Assembly: GCA_963765895.1 (NCBI GenBank) | Contig: CAVXZB010000084.1 | Coordinates: forward strand, 320,001-384,000 | Source: an uncultured Nitrososphaeraceae archaeon | GTDB taxonomy: Archaea; Thermoproteota; Nitrososphaeria; Nitrososphaerales; Nitrososphaeraceae | Length of the DNA stretch: 64,000 bases | Direction: 5' to 3' | In this document: positions 34,224-45,659 of the stretch, piece after piece | How the letters are laid out: every line of letters starts with the position of its first letter | Position numbering within the stretch: the first letter of the stretch is position 1 | Made by a program: the position numbers and the translations under genes | The notes under the pieces: model-generated | What the model saw: only the letters and a program-made list of their open reading frames with translations | Database searches by the model: none | Told to the model about the DNA's origin: nothing

Positions 34224-35207
34224 GTGACTGAACTAAATTTTAGAGAGGATTTAGAGAATGATAATTGCAGCATATGTACAGCTAGGCCATTTCATCGGCA
34301 ATTCAGCGATCTGATTCAAATATTTGTTTATTATGTAAAGGCTAGGACACCTCCGGTATACTGCTTTCCCATTGCAACAGTTCTATCATTCCTGTTGATT
34401 TCTAAAATGCATATACTAGAAGATGCCGTTGTAGTATTTGGTATAGGTATTACAAGCTATCTTTTAGGACTAGCCACCTACGTCTATAATGACTTAACTG
34501 ATATCAACGTGGATCAGATAAATAGAAAGGAGCAATCGATTATAACACAAAATCAGTCCAGGCGTGGACTGATAATTCTTGTAAGTTTCCTATTTACTTT
34601 AGCGGCAACAATATCTTATGTTATTAGTCCTTATGCTTTTCTTATTTCTATCATATTTATTGTCTTGGGTATTTTCTATTCTCATCCCAAGTTCAGCTTG
34701 AAGAGCAAATTCCCTTTAAAAACTATCGTTACTGCAACAGGAGCAGGACTTTTATCTTTGCTAGGTGGCGCAGCTGCTATTGGCAATGGATTAGAATATA
34801 GTACTATGCTTAATTCCACAATTCTACCCTTATCAACGATCTACTTAGCAATTTCGTTTTCTATATTCTATTTTATTCAGTCGCCTATGGGTGATATTGC
34901 AGATATTATGGGGGATCGAGCTGCAGGTAGGAATACCTTTCCGCTAGTTCTAGGCATGAACAGGACCCTGGCGGTCATGTTATCTGTACCGTTCGTCATG
35001 CTAACTATGAATGGATTGTGCTTTAACCTTGTACATATTAGCGTTCATGGAACGATTGCGATAGTAAGTACATGTCTGCTAGTTGTAGGATTTATTGGAT
35101 GGATAAGCAATCGGCTGCATGATCCATCGCTTATTAAATCAAAAAGAAATAATGTAAGATATCTCAATATACTTATGCAGATATCCCTATTGATAGCTCT
35201 AATCTAG
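34224..35207 (+). CDS. UbiA-family membrane prenyltransferase
   Basis: First Asp-rich motif YVYNDLTDINVDQINRK, YSHPKFSLK, second motif DIADIMGDRAAGRNTFP; multiple TM helices. Confidence 0.9.
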   Translation: MTELNFREDLENDNCSICTARPFHRQFSDLIQIFVYYVKARTPPVYCFPIATVLSFLLISKMHILEDAVVVFGIGITSYLLGLATYVYNDLTDINVDQINRKEQSIITQNQSRRGLIILVSFLFTLAATISYVISPYAFLISIIFIVLGIFYSHPKFSLKSKFPLKTIVTATGAGLLSLLGGAAAIGNGLEYSTMLNSTILPLSTIYLAISFSIFYFIQSPMGDIADIMGDRAAGRNTFPLVLGMNRTLAVMLSVPFVMLTMNGLCFNLVHISVHGTIAIVSTCLLVVGFIGWISNRLHDPSLIKSKRNNVRYLNILMQISLLIALI

Positions 35208-35238
35208 CTAATCTAAGCTAATCTAGATTGTTGTCTGC

Positions 35239-36201
35239 TTATGCTGGAGAAGGAGCAAGATATCTATTACTTGCGGAAGCTTCTGAGGCCGCATATGGCA
35301 GGTCATCAGAACTAGAACTAGATTCCCAAATTTTTTGGTAGTAGCTAGTCATGACTTGAGCTATCTTTTCATCCCGCACGAAAATTACTCCATTAAACGT
35401 TTTTGTGTCATTAGCATGGATGAGTTCTATTCCGACCTCTTTACGATCCAAAACGATCATACTAAAGGGAAGATCGGCGGCTCTTCTATCTATATTACCT
35501 GGATACCAGGGATTACCAACAACAGTACTACGTTCCGAGGCGTTCTTATCTTTTATGCCCACCATATTCTGCTGAAACTGTTCAAAAAACTTTCTCACAA
35601 GGGATTTATCACTAATGACTTTCGCCTTAACCCCTGCTTGTACCTTATGCAACATACTATTAATTATTAACTCGTTGGTATATTTGGAAGCTAGAAGGAT
35701 CTCATCCTTGCATAACTCTATTCTTTGGATAATCGCTGCAACCATGTCTTCATATTTCCAGATGATGTCTACATGTACGTTATTGTCCGAGTACTGGATA
35801 GAATTATTATTTTCAGATATTAGTTTGCCAACAAAGCCTTTGATATCTTCATCTGAGAACTCCTTGGAGGTTTTTAGGGCATCGATCATTTTAAAATGCT
35901 TAGTATTTCTTATCTGATGCATCAATTCCAGATGTTTCTGATATACTATACTTCCAAGCGTAGTATGAATATATGCTCCTTCAGATTTTCTTACAAGTCC
36001 TACCGTTATGAGTTGTTTCAATCTTGTATAATATGTTTTTTTTGGGATACCTAGCTGCTGTGGAGCAGTCAAATCTGCATTTAACCCTTTCTCGGCAGCC
36101 GCACTCATAAATATGGCCAGATTATCTCTTCTTGATAAGACTGACAGTAACTTTAGGCTGTTTTTTACCGTTGTTTGGTCAAAAAGTAGATTTTTGTTCA
36201 T
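35239..36201 (-). CDS. Winged-helix regulator with C-terminal TrmB/PLD-like effector domain
   Basis: IPKKTYYTRLKQLITVGLVRK...YIHTTLG and PFSMIVLDRKEVGIEL...YYQKIWE. The wHTH resembles that of 33191-33766. Confidence 0.78.
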   Translation of the reverse strand: MNKNLLFDQTTVKNSLKLLSVLSRRDNLAIFMSAAAEKGLNADLTAPQQLGIPKKTYYTRLKQLITVGLVRKSEGAYIHTTLGSIVYQKHLELMHQIRNTKHFKMIDALKTSKEFSDEDIKGFVGKLISENNNSIQYSDNNVHVDIIWKYEDMVAAIIQRIELCKDEILLASKYTNELIINSMLHKVQAGVKAKVISDKSLVRKFFEQFQQNMVGIKDKNASERSTVVGNPWYPGNIDRRAADLPFSMIVLDRKEVGIELIHANDTKTFNGVIFVRDEKIAQVMTSYYQKIWESSSSSDDLPYAASEASASNRYLAPSPA

Positions 36202-36517
36202 TAGTGAGGACTTTGCCTCATTTATGAGGCGTTTTACTTAAAAAGATTTCTGATCATGATACTTTTTCAAAGAAGAAAAATAGTACATACAATTATTCTT
36301 TTTTGGAATTTGTTAGCTTGGAGAGATTTTGCGAAAAGCTTGTATACAGATGCAGATAACTTTAACATTTAGTATCTTTCCTGTTTGACAAGTATATGGA
36401 CTACAAATACCCTACCCAGTAAGTCCCATTAGGCCAGTCCTATTAGAACGGCTCAAATTACACTGGACTAATAACAAATTCTCTGGAGCCTATAAATAAT
36501 ATTACAACTAGCTCTTA

Positions 36518-37534
36518 ATGAGAGGACAGATTTTGCAGAATAACTCGCCTACTACAATGGATGATAATCGTAGTGATACCCGTACCTCAGACTATTATTC
36601 CACTAATATAGCTGAAGCAATCAGTGACAAATCAGATGCACAACCTCTCGCAGAAGATGAGCGTTCCCAATCTTACCAATCATTAGTTGATAGCTATGAT
36701 AGACTGATAAAATACGTTGAAAGATTGGAAGATTCTGTTAATGAGCTCAAAAAGAGGAATAACGAATTGAATGACTTTGTGAGTATAGGTGCTCACGAGC
36801 TGAAGGCTCCCTTAATGCCAATTTTGGGAATTACGGAATTATTGGAACTAGAGTTAGGGGAGACTGGTAAAAACGAAATACGTGTAAGAAAGGATGAGGT
36901 AGAGAGTATTATCCGCAATGCACATAGATTGTCGAAAATCGCCTCTGAAATTTTAGATGTTACAAAGATAGAGAGCCGATTGCTAGTTCTTAGAAAGAAA
37001 GTCTTTGATTTAAATGAATTAATTCTCAAAACTATAAATGATTACAAAAAAATCGCTCTGCAAAAGAATGTAAAAATAATATATCAACAACACAATGGGA
37101 TCACTAGTCCAAGTTTAGGAGTTGGTCTAAAAGCTAACAATGGAACAAAGACATTTGTATTCGCAGACATAGGACGAGTAGCTCAAGTTATTTCAAATCT
37201 TCTAGATAACGCAGTTAGATATACTGAAAGTGGGGGAAATATTACCGTATCCATGACGAAAAAAATCAGCAAAAGTGGTAATAGAAAAGATCAAAAACAA
37301 TGCGAATCTATAATGGATGTTACAGATTCAGGTTCAGGCATAGATCGTGAACTATTAGAAGGTGATCGGCTTTTTTCCAAGTTTAGTTCAAAGTATCCAT
37401 CAGGAACTGGGCTTGGCTTGTATATATCAAAGAAGATTGTAGAAGCTCATGAGGGAAAAATTTGGGCCCAAAACAATCCTGATAAGAAAGGAGCGTCATT
37501 CAAATTTACATTGCCCTTACGACTATCCTGCTAG
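36518..37534 (+). CDS. Cytoplasmic histidine kinase (HisKA + HATPase_c), no sensor domain
   Basis: H-box AHELKAPL, N-box QVISNLLDNAVRY, G1 DSGSGI, G2 GTGLGLYISKKIVEAHEGKIW. Confidence 0.93.
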   Translation: MRGQILQNNSPTTMDDNRSDTRTSDYYSTNIAEAISDKSDAQPLAEDERSQSYQSLVDSYDRLIKYVERLEDSVNELKKRNNELNDFVSIGAHELKAPLMPILGITELLELELGETGKNEIRVRKDEVESIIRNAHRLSKIASEILDVTKIESRLLVLRKKVFDLNELILKTINDYKKIALQKNVKIIYQQHNGITSPSLGVGLKANNGTKTFVFADIGRVAQVISNLLDNAVRYTESGGNITVSMTKKISKSGNRKDQKQCESIMDVTDSGSGIDRELLEGDRLFSKFSSKYPSGTGLGLYISKKIVEAHEGKIWAQNNPDKKGASFKFTLPLRLSC

Positions 37535-38394
37535 CCTTAATTTGATATTTTATGTATTTTCGTCTTGGCCTTCCATACATGTTTTTGTGACGACAAGACA
37601 AGAATGATAATATTTGGTTATCCACAACTGTCAGACTCTGAATTCTTTTGCGATCAATAACCATTTTTATTAATATTCACTATATAGCATGTGAATGTGT
37701 TATAAACAGAGGGACGGCAATACAAAAACATGGGTTCGAATCAGCGATGCTATGCAAGCTATCTTGAATACGACTATCTAGGTTAAAATAAAATCACATG
37801 ATTATAGATAGCCTTTCAAAATCAGTATAGCTCTCTACAAATAGCTACCAACACTAGTAGGTCCAGACTAAACAAAATTAAAAGTAGGTGGCACTGGATA
37901 ATAAAATCTGGAAAAAAAATAAAAGACAAAATATTAACCAAGTTACATACTTTCTTAGTGTCATGTATATGATTTAAAATTCAGCTAGCTCTAATGCTCA
38001 GTCTAATTGAGGAGATTAATAATTACCTCAACCTAATATTTGATACTCTACAAAAATGTTTTTATCTTAAATGGAAACGATCTCCAGAAAGCTATTGACC
38101 TAGCCATTATTGATAATATCCTTATTTAGGTCATGGTTTGTGCTATTCTAATTTTGTGGCGCATAATCCTTTAAAATTTATTATGTTCATCCTAAGTTTT
38201 CCAAATCGGGGTTTGAATATTACTAGTGTACAATTGGTTAGAGTTTTCCTTATTAGTATACACTGTTCAAATGTACAATCTGTTGCTGTAGGTCGCCGTA
38301 AACCAGTACTCATTTAATTAATTATAGGCTAAGGTTGGTTAGCACAAATAGCGTTAACAAATTAATAAATAGTATATTTTACACTGGTCTTTTA

Positions 38395-38874
38395 ATGAAC
38401 AAATTAACTTTGGCCATCCCAATCGGATTTATGTTAGTGATTGGAGCCGTGGCAACGACAGGTCTGTCGAATGCTTTCGCACAATCGGCAAACGATAAAA
38501 GTGGGACTATTTCTAGCACTCAAAACGGAGCCAACGGCAAGCCCGAATGGAAAGTCGATGGCACATGGACCTTTACTGGCCTAGATTCTAAATCCCCGAA
38601 ATTTGACGCTGCATTTGGTATGCAAATGCTAAACGGCTCTGCAAAACACAAACATACAATAAATGATTTCAAGTTGGTAGGTAGTCCTAATAAAAGTAGT
38701 GATGGTACTGTTTATAACGGAACTGCTACAGTATCACTGAAAAAAGGGCCAGTTAACAACGTACCTGTTGCTATAAAGATAACAAATAGTGGAGACTTTA
38801 GCTTGAAAGTTGATCCGAAACTTACTGGAAACCACTTTGGAGATACTCCAATACAAGGTAAAGTAAAAGCATAA
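38395..38874 (+). CDS. Secreted beta-rich hypothetical protein
   Basis: MNKLTLAIPIGFMLVIGAVATTGLSNAFA signal; SAKHKHTINDF and NHFGDTPIQG motifs. Confidence 0.75.
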   Translation: MNKLTLAIPIGFMLVIGAVATTGLSNAFAQSANDKSGTISSTQNGANGKPEWKVDGTWTFTGLDSKSPKFDAAFGMQMLNGSAKHKHTINDFKLVGSPNKSSDGTVYNGTATVSLKKGPVNNVPVAIKITNSGDFSLKVDPKLTGNHFGDTPIQGKVKA

Positions 38875-41800
38875 TAAACAAAGTAGAACGGAATCAACAT
38901 AATTGTGAAGAATTATAGCAGCAAACAAGGGTAATCCCACCTCCCTTTTATTATCGAAATTCCTATTTTGTGAGCGCTGCTGTTGCAAATGCAATAGCAG
39001 GATTAGTTCATATTCTTATGCCCTTGATATTTGCAAATGGAATACTTCATCGCGTGCCAGGTGCCATATACTTTTTAGGCTCAGGCATAGCTCAGTTATT
39101 TTGGTTAATTCCCATGATAAGATAGTCGGGATGGCCTTGGTGTTATATCGGAATCATAGCGAACTTGGTGGTCATAATACTCGATACAGTAACAAGACTA
39201 GCTGGTAATTCTGTCACCGGCAAAGGAGGGGACATTGACGCTACTGATATGACGTACGAGCTTGCGCAGATTGTGTGTAATACTATAACAATAATAGGAA
39301 TTCATTTGTCGCAGTTCAACAACAACCGTTCCTCCACAAACAATAATTTTTTTGTCCATTTTCTTTGTTTAAATGTTTATAGTATACGTTTTTTGATTTA
39401 ACTTAAAATGCAGCCATTGAGAGAATATGACGACGACTTATATACGGTTTATGCATGTACCAGTGTTGTTTCTGTGTCTGCAAGGCTAAAATAGCAGATA
39501 TTAAATCTATTAAAACTACTAAAACTTACAGTCGACTGAACTCATATAAATGCTATAAATGATGGCCGTTCTTGAGAAATTATTAAAGATATTGGGTATT
39601 AGTTATATAACGACTAATGATAAGATGCATGAAATACAGACACAGCAAGATGAATTAACCCGTAAACTTGAAAAAATTTCTGATGACTTAAGCATGGTGT
39701 TTTGGCAGTTATAGGCCCCGACCTGCCTGTGAACATTTGAATCAATCCATGGCAAGAGTTGCTACATCTCAACATTCGAAACACTTTGGACTTGAACTAA
39801 GTTGGAACAAGAATTACTCCGTTGCTTAGTTTACCATGAAATAGAATCTTGTATCACTATACTAATACCATAGATTATGCTGCATATTTAAAAGTAGAAA
39901 AGCCAGAACAATCTCCTTTCACAGTTACGAAACAAGCATGATTTTCTATGTCAAGTCTTTTGTGTTAGTATATAAAGAAATATGAGCAATTAAAGAGCTA
40001 TATATTAGAGCCGTTCTATATTGAAGTAGGTATATAAAATTGATAATACAATGTCGACACTGTCATGCGCTAGCAGAAAACGAAACACTGAACTCACACT
40101 TGATTGAAAAATGTCCTTATTGCGGCGGGTTTTTTGCTTGAGAAACCGGCGATTAGCGGTTGATTGATTGGGGCTTTCCTAATTCAAAATTTAAAATAAT
40201 CAATAGTTATTCAGATAGGCAGGAAGTATCCCTTATTGGTAAGTGTTCAATTCAGCTATTAGCGCACGATGAAGATGGAATTGATTCCTCTATGTTCGAT
40301 CAGAGCTTTAAGTAGTGAAATGAGGATTTGATATATCATCATTATTTTTGCTTAGTTATGGTTATGTTAGTGCAAGTTCATTCTATACTACCTGATCGGA
40401 TTCCTGATGAAGGATATGGCTCATATACAGACAGAAAAAGAGAGCCGGATCTAGTCAAGGAGTCAGACAAGTAAAAAGATCTTTTTTATGTTAGATCTTG
40501 TCCGTTTTGTTTTATTGGTGATTGGTGTGACTATGATTACATAGCTTTAAGTAAGTGTCTGCATAAGCTGTGTTGAGTATTGATTGTATATCGTTTTAAC
40601 GGTGGGAAAGTTAGATACCCACGAAAAACAACTATGTTTGTAATATCAAGGATAATGAACAGTCGGGAAACATAAATTGGTGGTTTAACGAACTAGATTC
40701 ACTTGGAATTAAGAAAAACAGTAGCAATGTCAATAACGAAGACAAAAATAAAAAAAGTGAATTTGCAAATAGTCAACAGCTTGAAGATCTTACAGATGAT
40801 ATAAAGCAAAGGTTCATTCATAATTATAAGGCCAGCTATCGAGAATAATAATATTATTGGTGGTTAAGATAAAGGAATAGCTCAGGGAAAATACTAAGGT
40901 TCAGAGTGAGAAATGCAATAATTTCTTTTCTAGATTTAGACAATTAATGTAACATATGGAAGAATATCATGCATATTATTAAGAGTATCAATCACGGCAA
41001 AGTCACTTTATCGTATTACAATACTATTTCTAACTCAGAGGACTATACTAAGATAACAGGGGAGGGAGAAGAACAAAATGAGATAGTATTCTCCTATAAC
41101 GATAACTAGAGAGAAATAAAAATTGGGTATTCTTCTAAATTAATGTATGAAGCTTTATCTACCCTACAAGCTGAGACAACTTTACCAACCATTCTTGCGA
41201 CGCCAACTCATTTTAGTCTAAAGAAATTAAATATAGACAACATGTCATCAGTAACTCTTTCAGCATCACATAAGTACAATAACAAGAAGGTATGATCCGC
41301 TTCTACAAGCGGATACAATAATACTAATCAAAGTAAATGAGATGTCAACTTCATTTCATATTCACATAGTTTTTACTCGAACTGTGTTACATTCTTGAAT
41401 TAAAGGTCGATATTAGTGAGAGACTAATAATCCATGCTGGTATAAAATTACTCAGTGGCATGTCTGAGTTTTCATTATTTCTTAAGTGTACTAACCCTCA
41501 ATTACCAAATGGTTTAAGCCTGAAGAGATCACATGATACTAAAGAAAATACCGCCGGCCTTCCGGCTTTAGTAGCCGCAATACATATGCTTTACTACCCA
41601 TTTCATGGATTCGGCGCCAGCTTTAGTTATTTATTACCGCATATTCAACTAAATTTTTTTGAACAAAATGGGAAAGGAACTCAGGGTTATACCAATCAAT
41701 AAACAACCCATTAATCAATATTGAGCTTTTCTCTTTATCATACCGTCACAAATGTGACACTCGGTAAGGATTACAAATAATTGGTGTCAGATTTCTGACA

Positions 41801-42715
41801 GCAATTGTAAGGCTGGGGTTTATAATCACTAGGATACCCGAGTCTAAACAGCTTGTATCGATTTTGAATTATCAATGCACATGCACACCATATTAACAAA
41901 TGGTTTTAAGAAATCTTATTTATAAATAAAAATAATAAACCTCCCATCTATCTCGCCTCGATAAAGCCACTTTTACGACTATCTGACCGGATAACATAAC
42001 CTTCAAGGTTGTTTTGCCAGCTAGTTGTGATTGAGCGAACCCAGTCAAGCAAGAAAACAACCTGAAATATATCCGAATACTCCTAAAGGCTTCGTGTTTT
42101 CACTATTGGCATTATATTCAATAAGTAATAAATTGACTAAAGCTCTGCAATAAAAAGAGTTGACATAACTAAGAAAATATCAAATAATAAGAGTAGCCGT
42201 AGATGACTGCTTCTTAACAATAATTATTCATATACCTGTATGAATATGCCTACAAAGTTCAGTACGTATACACTAGTCTAATTAAGCTAAATAATCGTTT
42301 GGTAATGGATAATGACTTCATTGCAGCGTCTAATGACATAAGAGTAATCATGCCACTCATTCCAGATACATTTACATAGTAACAAAAGTCATTTATACTT
42401 AATAATGCTTGTTGAATGCGTGAATTTGTAGCACCAACTCTACCTAGATTCACATATTGTGAGGATTACTGGTATAATCAAAGCTAAATTAATTTAACAT
42501 ATTGAGTAAAACTGATTTGAATTATCATAGAACCATAGACAATTCATTGTCAATGTAACTCAGGGCCTTGATGCTCCTGAATAATACCAATTATTAATTG
42601 AGATAATGAAATGTTACTACATAAACGAATTTATTTGGCTAAATACAATTCTTGATTGCAATACAAAAATAAGTTGGTTAGATTTCAATAGGGACAGCAG
42701 ATATGATGAAACCAC

Positions 42716-42853
42716 TTAGTGTCCGCAGCCGCATCCACTGTGTCCATGAGAGTGACCTTGATTCTCAGCGCACGATGGGCATAGCGTACTTGCGTTTTCA
42801 GATACGAATGTAACGCCACATGAAGCGCATTTTGCTTTTTGAATTTCTTGCAT
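42716..42853 (-). CDS. 45-aa Cys/His-rich Zn-ribbon / metallothionein-like microprotein (absent from the ORF track)
   Basis: MQEIQKAKCASCGVTFVSENASTLCPSCAENQGHSHGHSGCGCGH*, with a TATA-like tttaattt about 25 nt upstream. Confidence 0.75.
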   Translation of the reverse strand: MQEIQKAKCASCGVTFVSENASTLCPSCAENQGHSHGHSGCGCGH

Positions 42854-43269
42854 GATCTTTGGAGTACAATACGCAAATTAAAGTCTTTTGTATTGAGCAG
42901 CTCAGAAATGGATCTCATTAATCATTTACTCTTCCAATCCGATCTTTGCCGTTCGCAAATTGAATTTGATTACTCAGGTTTGATTCTGGGGGTTATATAA
43001 TACCTATAAAAAGTGTTTCTATGACATCACAAAGATAGTTAAACATTTTATACAGATACATGGCAATTACGTCACCATATAGACAGATTTTTATTATTCT
43101 CTACTTTGCTCGCAAATTATTGGTTATCGCGATACTAACTTATGTCCTATGTTGACAATAGGGATAATAATAGTAGTACGACTTGTATGACCTAGATTAA
43201 TCCTCTAGTTTGACGTGATTAAACGGTCGTCGAGTTTTTTTGAACCTTATAACAGTTTCTTTGACCTTT

Positions 43270-43755
43270 ATATTTACCACTATGGGTATGACAGCATTAT
43301 ATGATGTAGCAGTATACGCTAAGTCTTGCAACTACTACAAATCAATATAATAGTACATTCCACTCTTGTTTTGACACATTTGTTGTTCCTGGATCAGTAA
43401 ACGGCTATGGAATTGAGCCCCATAACTCTTATAGTTTCAAACCTGGCGAAAAGATTTCCCCCTGTGTGGAACCTGTAGGCTTTTCATATAAACTAATAAA
43501 ATCACTTAATTTGATGAGTTTTACTGCTGATCTTTTAGTTTCAGATAAGACTGGTCATATACTTACAGGGTTTTCAAAATCTGCCAATCTACAATAATCT
43601 CTCATCACAAAAATAAGGACTCAATTTTGACTGTAAGCATGACTCAGACAAGTCTATTTCAGGTTGGAGATTATGTATTGAAATACATCATACATGATGC
43701 TGTGTCTGGAAACAATTTTAGTATAGTAAAGAATATCAAAATAGCTAACATTTGA
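43270..43755 (+). pseudogene. Degenerate secreted hypothetical protein
   Basis: Fragments PGSVNGYGI, SFKPGEKI, VEPVGFSYK, FTADLLVSDKTGHILTGF and GDYVLKYIIHDAVSGNNFSIVKNIKI, broken by frameshifts. Confidence 0.5.
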
Positions 43756-43937
43756 AGGGATTTGATAGTATGTTTAGAATAGGTTTTAAAGTGTGTTACA
43801 TCATTGATGTTGAGTTTCTGAATAAATAGATATACAGGGCGCGCAATCTGAAATCAAATATGTGACACAAAGATATAAGCAGCCTTGGTGCAATTGTATG
43901 GTGGTCACACTTTTTACTAGAATAAGGCGGAATGTAC

Positions 43938-45659
43938 TTAATTAAATATCAAGCGCTCGGATTGTAAACTGTCTCTCGCCTGTTCAAGCTTATTCTTAGT
44001 AACACTATTTGCTATGCTATTCAACCTGGAGATCATAATGTCTATAGATCTAATTACAGAATATTTTAGTTCATCAGGATCGATGAACTGACCTCGTGTT
44101 GCTTTAATCAGGGGGGAAAATTCGGCCGAACTACCGATCTTGTGAAATAAGTCCAATTGCTTAGCGACTTCGAGATGAAGAGATTGGACTAGTCCTTTGA
44201 CTTTCTCACCCGTATGTACTAATTGCTGTTCAGAGTTTCGCATTTTTTTAATCGAGGAATTAGTTGCACAATTGAACCCGTCTTCAGCCGCATGCGAGAG
44301 GGTTTGAATTGCTTGTTTGAACTGTTGTAAGTTATCTTGCATTATGCCAGTCATTATGTCGATCCGTTTTCTGTGTTGGTCATTTTTCCTATCTAGGGCC
44401 TCTGTTTCAGATTTTAATGTCTGTACCTTCGAATATATTGAATTGTACGCAGATTTGATATTGGCGTATTGTGCTAGGTCGTTGCTGATTGCAGAGATAT
44501 CTAATTTGCTTTCCTTGTATATTTGTGTACATTGTACTATGTTTTCTTGTGTAACTCCATATTCCATCAGTTCAGTGAGGGTATCTAGAACATTCTTTTT
44601 CTTGGCATACTCTAATGAAATATGGCGAAGCTCTTGTTGGTATTTTTGCAACTGCTCATTCATATTGGCTATTCTTCCTTCGAAGCCTAATTTCTTATCA
44701 TATTGTCCTTCTATGTCTCTGATAAGCTTCTTAAATGCAAAATACGGTCCAAGGTTATTATGACACGCCGAAATCTCATAAACGGTATTCCTTAACAAAC
44801 CAAGCTCCTTTAATCCAATACCGTTTCTTTCAAGTTCGCCATATAGTCCAAAACTCATTCTATGAGAGTCCAATTTTTCCTCACATTTGGCGCATTCTTC
44901 TGTATCTTTCCTCAATTTTTCTTCTTTTTTAGTAATGGAAATTTGTAATTTGTCCTCTCTTATCTGCAATGACTCAATTGAAGAAAGCTTCTCTGTGATC
45001 GTTATGGGTTCATATCCGTTATATTGTAACTCATGAAGCACTTTAACAAGCTTGGGAACTTTCGACTCTTCAAAAGATAGTCCAAACTTACTTAGGAGCA
45101 TCTTTAGCTGTATAAAGTTGTCAATAGCACTACTAGTCATCTTGCTCCTTTCTAATGCTTCGTCTCTTTCTTCTTGGGCATTTGTTTTCTCTTCTCTTAA
45201 TCTTTTCAGTTCGTTTTCTAGCCTCTCTACCTCTACACTTAGCTTCTTAATGTGGTCCGGGAGTTGTAAAATCGAACGTGATCCTCGTATAGAGATTATC
45301 TGTTGAGACGTCTCCACAATTTCATGAGGTGCTATGTTACATTCCCGACACTGCCGGTATACCTTGTTTACAAATGATTCTAAACTTTCATCGTCTAATC
45401 CTAGTTTTGCTATTAGATTGAATAATCTATAACCCGATGCACATTCAGAAGTATTGATGCCTGACCTACGTAACTCTGTTGCAAACTGTCTGAGAGTATC
45501 AGCATCTGGTGTCCCGATGTTATTTTTCCACTCTAAAATTATTGCACTGACGGTACCAGTGCCTATTTGTATATCGCCAGCGATCTTATCCCTTTGATCG
45601 CCCTGAAGCCATCGATGCACAACATCATCCTTTATATTTTCAGAGATCTGTTCCCTCAT
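43938..45659 (-). CDS. N-terminal HTH plus long coiled-coil protein
   Basis: WLQGDQRDKIAGDIQIGTGTVSAII is HTH-like; heptad-rich E/K/L/Q stretches follow; 573 aa. Confidence 0.75.
   Translation of the reverse strand: MREQISENIKDDVVHRWLQGDQRDKIAGDIQIGTGTVSAIILEWKNNIGTPDADTLRQFATELRRSGINTSECASGYRLFNLIAKLGLDDESLESFVNKVYRQCRECNIAPHEIVETSQQIISIRGSRSILQLPDHIKKLSVEVERLENELKRLREEKTNAQEERDEALERSKMTSSAIDNFIQLKMLLSKFGLSFEESKVPKLVKVLHELQYNGYEPITITEKLSSIESLQIREDKLQISITKKEEKLRKDTEECAKCEEKLDSHRMSFGLYGELERNGIGLKELGLLRNTVYEISACHNNLGPYFAFKKLIRDIEGQYDKKLGFEGRIANMNEQLQKYQQELRHISLEYAKKKNVLDTLTELMEYGVTQENIVQCTQIYKESKLDISAISNDLAQYANIKSAYNSIYSKVQTLKSETEALDRKNDQHRKRIDIMTGIMQDNLQQFKQAIQTLSHAAEDGFNCATNSSIKKMRNSEQQLVHTGEKVKGLVQSLHLEVAKQLDLFHKIGSSAEFSPLIKATRGQFIDPDELKYSVIRSIDIMISRLNSIANSVTKNKLEQARDSLQSERLIFN

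Noticed and set aside
39165-39401. Possible additional Gly-rich family relic (AGNSVTGKGGDIDA)
   Set aside because: Similarity is too short and there is no clear signal peptide.
42685-42918. 77-aa ORF in the track
   Set aside because: An overlapping frame encodes a much more convincing Cys/His microprotein (42716-42853).
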